Part shown: positions 10,501 to 17,995 of the stretch, in pieces | How positions within the stretch are numbered: position 1 is the stretch's first letter | Layout of the letters: every line of letters starts with the position of its first letter | Source: Sporopachydermia quercuum | Taxonomy: Eukaryota | Reading direction: 5' to 3' | Assembly (NCBI GenBank): GCA_001599295.1 | Contig: BCGN01000005.1 | Span: 620,001 to 684,000, forward strand | Length of the DNA stretch: 64,000 bases | Position numbers and translations under genes: made by a program | The notes under the pieces: model-generated | The model's database searches: none | The model's input: only the letters and a program-made list of their open reading frames with translations | Told to the model about the DNA's origin: nothing

Positions 10501-12392
10501 TGCTTCGGGATTCCATTCTAGACAGCGTTATCCGAGGGTTGTCGTCGGTTACGAAGCCGGAATGGAAAGAGGATTGTGAACTGAGTTTACAAAGTCTTCT
10601 TTCGGTGTATCAATCGCCTAATATAGATGTGATTATACCTATTTTGGAAGAATCTAAATTCTATGACGTGTTATTTATGTTGTTTCGGTCGGAACGGAGA
10701 TATCCAGAATTATTACAACTAGCATTCCGGCAAATATCAGAACCACAACCCGAATTTTCTCCCGAATTTTCTTCGGACGGAAACTCCCAGTTACTTTCAA
10801 TCGTGAAGAAATGCCTCGTTGCCACGTCAAATCCCAACATGTCCCGTGAACGGTACGCCCTACATCAAATCATCTCCGATAACCTGGAAGTGCTTCTACT
10901 ATTAGATCTTAAGTTCACCGTCTCTTTGCTTGATCAATATGCACCAGAATTACACTCAAAAGTGTTTCAGCTCAAGAACGACAAGCTGAAATACAACTAT
11001 CTAGCGGCAAGAATATTAGTTAATGGGAAAACTTTAGGGGACGGAATAACTACAAGGAAACCTTTCTCCAACAGAGAGTTGCTTCTGTTTGTTAAACTAA
11101 TGATTCAATTTGATCCTCTTCAAGTACGCCGACTGCTAGAGCTATTAGGGCCCAGAGCACCATTGGCCCATGAGATCCACGATGAACTAGTCGCTGGCAA
11201 ATGTATTGAAAGCTTGATATACTTGCTAGTTAAAGAAGACCAATTCAAAGCTGCAACCGATGAATGTATCAAATACTGTAAGGAATTATTAGCACAATTG
11301 TTGGAAACGTTGGAAACAGGTACCGGAAAGGATGAAGAAGAAGAACAAGAAGAAGAAGAAGAAGAAGAAAAAGCAGCTGAATGGCAAGAAATAGAAACAG
11401 TTCAAGAAACAATAAGCAAATATCTTCATTTGGGATTGAATGTGTGCAGCAATGACAAAATACTATACGAAAATATTAATCATGACAAAGAAGAATTGTC
11501 ACTAGGACAAGAATTGGACTTAGAAATGATAGAATATGCTGTTGAGTTATTCAAATCTGTTACCAGGCTGAAACCAGACAAGGTACCTGACAACACAACA
11601 TCACGTGATGAGAATATAGTTTCCGTTATTGACTTCGGTAAGAAATTGGTTCAGGAGACTTTCACAGCAGCTGCTAATAGATCAAATAAAACATGGAAAC
11701 TGTTTAATGAAAAGCATTCTCAAGACGGAAATAATACTGGTTTCACAACAACATCCAAAGCTGTTTCAATTATGAGTAATGAATCCTTTGCTAAAATATT
11801 CATGGAGTTCCTTCATAGAGCTGAACAGAAACACGAAACAACACTAGGTGATATTAGAACAGTCATGCAAGAGGTTTTCGTTGGATATACGTTTGAAAAG
11901 CATATATTTAGACTAGCATTGAAGTTGCTGAATGAAGACGTTTATAAGGATCTGACGTACCTTAGTATGGAAAGATTGAGAGGATGGAGAGTTAGTAGCG
12001 TTGAATGTGAAGCCTGTGGCAAGAATGTTTGGGGCCATGGAGTTTCTGATGATGTTTATATAGCATGGGAGAACAAGAAACGAGGGGAAATTCGAGCTTT
12101 GGTGTCAAATACTGAGGAGAGGATGGGCAGAGCAAAATTGGTCTATGAGTCGTTGAAAGCTGAAGGTGAAATTGTGGATACTAATGATAATAGTGGTACA
12201 GGGGAGGAAACCGGAAATAATGCTGAAGGGGGACAAAATGAAACCGGGAATGAGTTTGCTAGTCTTGAACTGGTCGTGTTTCAATGTCGTCACAGCTATC
12301 ACTGTAACTGCTTGAAGAACTTGGGGGCGTTCAATGGAGGACGATACACCTGTATTGTGTGCGAAGCTAATCATCGTGAGACTGCCAATTGA
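7524..12392 (+). CDS. VPS8: CORVET subunit Vps8
   Basis: 1622 aa with an N-terminal beta-propeller (ICVGTTKGYV.VFDYHQ), WADRLL..G.Y.DAIELA, an alpha-solenoid and a split C-terminal RING-H2 (CEACG...FQCRHSYHCNC...CIVC). Confidence 0.9.
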   Translation: MTRLEETGQLXEASNSTESVAVANGTTSDQKLLEDNTGDNVSLASDQNGFLRINSPSIQGSAPTTPERKFPYLLRHSPSAFSPGGLSVASPGRRRLDDRFQTRISSLYSHRPTSRTNSLLSISTTSEDPLYSDSKLNALEPVRWTKLRRISSYLFSATITSLYGSPTTILPAATICVGTTKGYVXVFDYHQILRAVLGYGTKAEESGEVSALAVSADSTVLASAHASGHIFTWDLTQAINIGAGISAARSSNNFGTGSGPGLKPSIEIPPQSKSGSGHQPGANILHVNFIGKRHSALVSADVFGMCYAHELVRGVLGKSVKTSRVLGRPPSANQNAKVPNSKLTTILDCSAMPLGPVVDPCDELGLVALLTPHVLVIVSTVPVPATQYKTGRPKVLDTRLGISGCLAWFPPLKTRDSGSDSGKHTESGYPRLAYGWGNILTVLSVKSTETKNGKDSKKTISLEFSSKKRWVSSETIVAVQWVSSKIIAALTKTQQLSLINAEKMTECASADLLTRHILHRDVFSSQLSGLKFDTSAEQVKISDLFAQSFRSFKGRLFLLGRYEFMVGALANWADRLLSIMSQGRYVDAIELAREYYIGEETDLVIVGLPEDDKTRHKMLYNQILEMVMASLRYTFRKASKDSGEDNTNNFGNDIENRKPKNIGDDVFTNFGEHSDYSXHGSETGSETGRELGTLTELLPVCFRACVAVGAPEFLTEQIFDYFNYGNHLGLFFDLLAPFILNKDLTVLPPTVLEAMVSYYISSGQGDKLEEIICTIDLRNLDLHLAISLCEKHHLRDALSYIWNVALNDYITPFMEFISLMNXGNYEDEREPNKVYGYISYILTGRQYPTDYMISDGDVTLVSRAKAQLYYAIFRGSAIEWPQGSDKIVAEVINGRNDTSFPYLYLLVKFNPQELLASFNEALEDEFLNYDEQEGALFDTLDSHSNTMKVSRQYIVDILFELFDSTDLSEDAEAVTYFWIFIARNYPKYPQFIVLRDSILDSVIRGLSSVTKPEWKEDCELSLQSLLSVYQSPNIDVIIPILEESKFYDVLFMLFRSERRYPELLQLAFRQISEPQPEFSPEFSSDGNSQLLSIVKKCLVATSNPNMSRERYALHQIISDNLEVLLLLDLKFTVSLLDQYAPELHSKVFQLKNDKLKYNYLAARILVNGKTLGDGITTRKPFSNRELLLFVKLMIQFDPLQVRRLLELLGPRAPLAHEIHDELVAGKCIESLIYLLVKEDQFKAATDECIKYCKELLAQLLETLETGTGKDEEEEQEEEEEEEKAAEWQEIETVQETISKYLHLGLNVCSNDKILYENINHDKEELSLGQELDLEMIEYAVELFKSVTRLKPDKVPDNTTSRDENIVSVIDFGKKLVQETFTAAANRSNKTWKLFNEKHSQDGNNTGFTTTSKAVSIMSNESFAKIFMEFLHRAEQKHETTLGDIRTVMQEVFVGYTFEKHIFRLALKLLNEDVYKDLTYLSMERLRGWRVSSVECEACGKNVWGHGVSDDVYIAWENKKRGEIRALVSNTEERMGRAKLVYESLKAEGEIVDTNDNSGTGEETGNNAEGGQNETGNEFASLELVVFQCRHSYHCNCLKNLGAFNGGRYTCIVCEANHRETAN
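11335..11369 (+). repeat. (GAA)n microsatellite encoding poly-Glu in VPS8
   Basis: gaagaagaagaacaagaagaagaa... read directly. Confidence 0.8.
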
Positions 12393-12921
12393 TTCAAATA
12401 TGTTGATCTAATTTCCAGTTTTTGTTAGTTAAGAGTTTGACTTTATAAATAGAGTTTGTAAGTGGTGTCAACTTAAAACTGAATTGCTAAACCCTAAATC
12501 TAGAGCGTTAACTTTAAAAAGTCATCTTCACAAAACTGATCATTGATTTGCTTCGTTTATACTTTTGTTTCCTCTTCAATTTCTTCCCTGTTTAAGAAAT
12601 CTCCTGATTAATAGCTAGTATAATACATGAACATAATTATAGACTTTAAATAGCATAAGAATTATTCTAAGAATCGCCTGACGCGAAAACAATTGAAACT
12701 CCAGCTGATTTGACAGTAACTTTGNTGATCCAAAAGTTAAGCCACCTACAATTGTTCAGTTGAGAGTACGAANACAATACGCCTATTTCGTTAACTGTCA
12801 GGTAGTTCAGTAAATCATTACTTGGGTACTACTGTCGAACTGCTATATCTCTGTTTATGCTGCTGCTGCCAACCTTTCTTAACTAGCAAGATTAATAAAA
12901 AGGAGGTACATCACTAGCAAA

Positions 12922-13948
12922 ATGACTAGCTTCAATCAAATCCTTCTTTTATGGATGAAAATAAGCGTTTGTCTTGCATTTCTGCCAACATATGTTTATG
13001 CTGCTAACAATCAAAACGTACTTCTACCATCTTACTACACTCTCCTTCAGGGCGCTTGTGTTTCTTTCATTGCTTGAAATCCGGAAAGAAATATCTGTAA
13101 ACCCCTTGATCAAACAGTACTAACATTCAAAAACAATCTTTTTCTAGAATAATGAATGTTTACAACTGATGGCAAAAAGTATTGCTTCTTGTTCTGAGTC
13201 TGACTTAGTTTGCCATTGTTGTGTTGTCCTTCATGGCGACACTAGTTGTTCCACAAGTTTTAAAGATAGCGTAAGTGTATTATTACAGTAATCAGAACAG
13301 TTAGACAGACCCAATATTGTTTTCTGTACTGAAGAAGAAATGATTAGACCTTAGAATCTTCAATTAACGTGATAAACATTGTAATATAGGAGATTGAATT
13401 ATTAGTGAANGCATTAGAAGAGAAATGTAAAGACATCTCAGCTGAGACATGCAAAGAGTTCAGTAAGAATTTAAGTGATGAAAAGGGAAAACCAAGTAGT
13501 ACCATAACTGATACTTTAAAAGAGTTAACTACAGGTATGTCATAACAATTCTTATAATCACAGCACCCGCAATTGAAATCCTATATGTCGATTGGTACTA
13601 ACTGTCTGAACCATCCAAGAGTCATCTAAAATCAGCCCCGATGAAATAAAACCAACTTCTCCGTCAAAACCACCATCAATAATATCAACTTTCAACAACT
13701 CTGAAACCTTCAAAACAAAGAAGGTCCTGATTTCCACCAGAACAGTCACCGATGAATCAGGAATATTTATCACAACCCAGACTTTAGCAAGTGATCCTAG
13801 AAAATCTTATCCTCATCATTCATCAGTAATAGAGCTTGCAAACCAAGGAAATGGTTTGTTTGGTTTTTCTGTTGTATTCACAGTATTTATCTCAATGATT
13901 GTTATCATATTAAGTATTGTCCTACAGCTTGTGTTCCTGACGGACTGA
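12922..13948 (+). CDS. Secreted Cys-rich CFEM-like, probably GPI-anchored protein; exons 12922-13059, 13148-13270, 13390-13534, 13620-13948 (about 244 aa); absent from the ORF track
   Basis: Signal peptide, C-x3-C-x10-C-x3-D-x2-C-x-C motif, S/T/P-rich stalk, and NQG followed by a hydrophobic tail. Introns 2 and 3 have GTAAGT/GTATGT donors. The intron 1 donor is uncertain (GTTTCT 13060 or GTACTT 13018). Confidence 0.75.
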
Positions 13949-14070
13949 TCAATAATGGCCAGGTATTGGCAATAAAGCTTATTCAACTGACTTGACAACA
14001 AATACCATTATTTGATTTACTTCACTTAATGACTTCTGTTTCACATTTAATAGCTGATCTATCTAACTAT

Positions 14071-14108
14071 ATTAACATTCATTAACATTCATTAACATTC
14101 ATTAACAT
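14071..14108. repeat. 10-bp tandem repeat (ATTAACATTC)x3.8 in a convergent 3' gap
   Basis: Read directly. Confidence 0.85.
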
Positions 14109-14145
14109 GATATCAAATGAATTCTTTTATTGATATACAACACAT

Positions 14146-15219
14146 CTATTTACTTTCTTTGCTTTCCTGTTCATCCATCCATTCAAGCGTTTTCCTAATA
14201 CCTGCTTCTAAATCAACAGCTGGTTTATACCCCAAAATAGTCTTTGCTTTAGTAATATTATGATATCTATAAGCACATACAATCTTAACTCTGAACGGAG
14301 TCAGTCCTGGTTCTCTACCTAAAAGCTTTGAGACACCTGCAGATAAATAACCAGCTAAAATAGCTACAGGACGATTTAAAACAATAACCTTCTTATCGAT
14401 ATGTCCATCAGCTTTCCAAACTGTTCTAGCCAAAGTCCAGAAGTAAGTAGGAGCATCATTAGTAATAAAAAATGTTTGACCACCAACATCTTTGGCTACA
14501 GAGGGATCATCACTTAATAGCTTTTCTGCTGCTAAAACATGAGCGTCTGCAACATTTCCAACGTACGTCCAATCGAACAAATTATTATTGTCACCAATCT
14601 GAAATTTAGACTGTCCAAGCTTTGCTACTTGTCGTAAACCAGGGACAAGCTGTCGATCTCCAGGACCAAAAATACCAGCTGGTCTTAAGGCAACAGTTAG
14701 AAAGATGCTGTCGGGATCATTTGCTTCTAACACCATAACTTCAGCTCTTGCTTTGGTATCATTATATGCATCCATTGGAACCGCAGGATATGGATATGTC
14801 TCGTCAGCATTTCTGATGTCTTGACCATTGAAAATTACCCCTGCTGATGATGTATAAACAACTGCTTTGATCCCTAATTCTTTAGCGACCTTCAATAAAT
14901 TAGAAGTTCCATCAATGTTGACTTTTTCGTAAATTTCTTTCTGTTGACCATGAATTGGTGATGCTGAATGAACAATTACATCCGGTTTAGCAGCTTTGAT
15001 TGCTTTACTGACATCTTCCGAGGATGACAAATCTCCTTGATGGAATTCTATCTCTGAGGGATCAAATGTAAAAGATTTTGATAAATGTTCTTTGTCAGGG
15101 AGACCTCTTACGTCAAATACGTGCACTTTTGGTTGTGGTGATAGATCATGAAACTTTTGAACAAGATGTAACCCGAGGAAGCCCGCTCCTCCTATTAAAA
15201 GGACCGATTTGATAGCCAT
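14146..15219 (-). CDS. ERG26: Sterol-4-carboxylate 3-dehydrogenase (C-3 sterol dehydrogenase), 357 aa
   Basis: Probable start MAIKSVLLIGGAGFLG (Rossmann fold), VYTSSAGV, YNDTKA catalytic motif, ALRPAGIFGPGDRQ, DWTYVGNVADAH. Confidence 0.95.
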   Translation of the reverse strand: MAIKSVLLIGGAGFLGLHLVQKFHDLSPQPKVHVFDVRGLPDKEHLSKSFTFDPSEIEFHQGDLSSSEDVSKAIKAAKPDVIVHSASPIHGQQKEIYEKVNIDGTSNLLKVAKELGIKAVVYTSSAGVIFNGQDIRNADETYPYPAVPMDAYNDTKARAEVMVLEANDPDSIFLTVALRPAGIFGPGDRQLVPGLRQVAKLGQSKFQIGDNNNLFDWTYVGNVADAHVLAAEKLLSDDPSVAKDVGGQTFFITNDAPTYFWTLARTVWKADGHIDKKVIVLNRPVAILAGYLSAGVSKLLGREPGLTPFRVKIVCAYRYHNITKAKTILGYKPAVDLEAGIRKTLEWMDEQESKESK

Positions 15220-15491
15220 TGTGAAAATCGAATGACCAGAAAGCTTGAATCTTAACAAATTATAGGCCAAGACGAGCGAGTAAAAATAATNACTTTTTAT
15301 AAAGAATCTTGCCACAATTCAATGGTTTTTACGCTAGAGAAGAAAAGTGTTTATTGATTTGTTGCTGCATGATCAGCCTATTGATCAATGCTGAACGCGT
15401 GGAAATGAAAGGTTGGAGTTTGTGTCAATTGGTATGACATGTTATGTCACACCATGTTGTGTTATGACTGGGATGTTCATGACATATTAAA

Positions 15492-15513
15492 ATCACGCGA
15501 CTTAACACGTGAT
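15492..15513. promoter_or_regulatory. ATCACGCGAC plus CACGTGAT (E-box/SRE-like bHLH sites) upstream of ERG26
   Basis: Two ATCAC-based motifs about 280 bp upstream of the ERG26 start. Confidence 0.3.
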
Positions 15514-15677
15514 CGCAAGGGTAACTGCTGCTTTTATATTTATTGAATAAACTACAATTGATAGAGAGTAATAGGAATAAAGGAGTCACGCAAAATGTTT
15601 ACAAAATGTTTACTGTATTAATTTAGTCTCGGCTCCTTGATCTTGTATATTATTATGTTATGTAATGTAGTATATAA

Positions 15678-17162
15678 CTAAAATGCGAACAGTGAGATTG
15701 GTAAAGTCTTTGCAAGAGTCTTGTCTTCCTCAGAGATTGGCTTACCATTAATTCCGGAAAACTGCTTACTAAAATAGTCAACATATTTTTCTTTGTCTTC
15801 TACTGTATCCTCAGTTGTGGAAGTAGAGGGGGAAGTAAGAGTAGAAGAAGAACTGGAACCGGAACCGGAAGTGGTATTGATAGGTGCAGGTTCTTCCTTG
15901 GTAGCAGTATTTTTGGCACCAAAACTAACATTAGCAGTACCAAAGCTTTGATTAGTTGTGTTNAGCGTAAAGCTTGGTTTACTGCTATCTGATTTGCTAT
16001 TGACTGCAGCTAAAGGTGTTTCCGGCTTACTATCTAACGTTGATGTAGTTGCAGATGTGGTACTTGGTTTAAAGGAGCTGGGAGCAGGATTTGAAACCGG
16101 TTTCTCTTCAGCTTGGTTTCCTGTAGAATTCTCATTGCTTTGTTTGGTTTTCCCTTCACCATTGGATTCGCCATTTACATCTATGCTTTCACGTAATTGA
16201 GACGGTTTCAATGGTTTGAACTTGAACAGGTTGTCATTACTCTTTGGAACAGGGGAAGCAGTGTTTGAATATGATACAGGTGTAGGTGAAAAGGACATTG
16301 GTTCCGGTCTTGAAGAAGGTTTATCAAAAGACAGCTTAGGAGGACTGGTAGGTCTTGGTTCAATAGCTTTTATATCTTTGTCGCTTCCTTTGATAACAGG
16401 GAATTCTTCATTATCACTAATTAACGATAACAGAGTTGATGCAGTTTGACTGAGATTTTGCTGTGAATCTGATTTATTGGCCTCTGAAGATTGAATTTGC
16501 TTTCTAACACTATTTTTGTCATACCTATCGCTAGGATCAGTCATTGCTGATGATCTGAATGGCGATGGCACACTAGAAAACTGAAACCCCGATCTACGCC
16601 TCTCAGATGATAATTTTCCAACAGAAACAACCAGTGGAGACCTTGTCCTCTTTGTCACGTCCTTATAAGGACTTTCCGTTAACTTTGAAATTGGTGTCTG
16701 GGCTTCTGATTTGTGACTTTCTTCTGTTACTTGTTTCGATGCGCTTTCATCTAGTTTGTTCTGCTCTTTCAGTAACGATAGAACTCCTTGCATTTCTATG
16801 TCAGATAACGGTTCCTTACCCTTCTGAGCAAAAAAAGCAGAGAGCCTTTCATTTGGAGATCTTGCACTTATTTCGGACGTATTTTCAATTATTTGTGCAG
16901 GCGTTGATGGTCCTAAATCATTGAATGATGGATATTTCTTAGGTTCTTCCTCGATTGTTTTCTTAGTTGGGAGTTCATCTTTTCTACCATAGAAAAAACT
17001 ACGGACTTTCGACAGCAATGATGATGGCGTACTTGTTTGTTTAACAACTCTCCTCTGGGGTGTAGATGGTCCTGATCGAGCGTAAGGCGAGGATGACGAT
17101 GCACCAAACCTACGGTTCGTTCTCATCACTCTGCTCTGGTCTTGAGATTGGAAAGGGTTCAT
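15678..17162 (-). CDS. NUP60: Nuclear basket nucleoporin Nup60
   Basis: SPY..R followed by the amphipathic helix SLLSKVRSFF, helical region NERLSAFFAQKGKEPLSDIEMQGVLSLL, FKF motif, C-terminal SLFAF. Synteny with TFC3, ERP1 and SWD1. Confidence 0.85.
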   Translation of the reverse strand: MNPFQSQDQSRVMRTNRRFGASSSSPYARSGPSTPQRRVVKQTSTPSSLLSKVRSFFYGRKDELPTKKTIEEEPKKYPSFNDLGPSTPAQIIENTSEISARSPNERLSAFFAQKGKEPLSDIEMQGVLSLLKEQNKLDESASKQVTEESHKSEAQTPISKLTESPYKDVTKRTRSPLVVSVGKLSSERRRSGFQFSSVPSPFRSSAMTDPSDRYDKNSVRKQIQSSEANKSDSQQNLSQTASTLLSLISDNEEFPVIKGSDKDIKAIEPRPTSPPKLSFDKPSSRPEPMSFSPTPVSYSNTASPVPKSNDNLFKFKPLKPSQLRESIDVNGESNGEGKTKQSNENSTGNQAEEKPVSNPAPSSFKPSTTSATTSTLDSKPETPLAAVNSKSDSSKPSFTXNTTNQSFGTANVSFGAKNTATKEEPAPINTTSGSGSSSSSTLTSPSTSTTEDTVEDKEKYVDYFSKQFSGINGKPISEEDKTLAKTLPISLFAF

Positions 17163-17995
17163 TGCTATGATGTTTCTAATTCCTATGGCAAATATAAACC
17201 TGAAAACACTCAGAAATCTCCTCTGATACCACCAAAAGTATTTGAAGCAATTTTTTGAAAGAATCTACTCGTTTCCCATTCTTTTTCATCTTTACTTGAG
17301 CTGAATGTAGAAAATAAGTACGAAGAATGACAAAACGGTATAAAAGTTCTATATGTGCGAAACAAAACCGGAAGTTAGGTATCAGGTGTTCAGGTGTTCA
17401 GTGAAAATGTCGGAAACTATACCAAACGAGATTTTCTCCTATACTATAAGATTTGGGGTGACACATCAGCTGTTTAATTCAAAATATTTTATAATCTTAA
17501 AACCGCCAATACTACGTTTCAAATTCAACTTTTACATACTTTAGTTCTACACTCCAAGCGGAATTCACTACCTCCCCACCAAGATTAAATAGATTCTGCG
17601 AAATTCCGGAAACTATTACATTTCCCTACTTGAAATCTAAAATCTCACTTCAGAAGTACTTCTCCACATCGAGACCTCATATTAGCATTCCTTCACATCT
17701 CTCTCCGTTTCACTCTTATCGTACCAAATAGATTTCTCTATGAGAGAGCAACGCGAGACAATGTCATCCTTCATATTTACTATCTATGTTAGTGTTATTG
17801 ATGTTACTACTGTCAACAGCCTGTTAATATTATTAGCTAGGTGAAATTCTTTCTTGAAATTCGCTGAATAATGTTTTCCAGTTGTTATTATTTCTGACCC
17901 GGTATATGCTTCTATTTTTCCTGCCTCAATAAATAGTAATATCGATATTGATACAGTGCACTTTTGGATGCAATGATTGCTTGGGGTGAGCTACA

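Noticed and set aside
15220..15315. 32-aa N-terminal extension of ERG26 in the ORF track
   Set aside because: GTG-initiated. Homology begins at ATG 15219.
15506..15513. Perfect CDEI (ATCACGTG) as part of a point centromere
   Set aside because: Not followed by a long very-AT-rich CDEII or a CDEIII, so it is better read as a promoter E-box.
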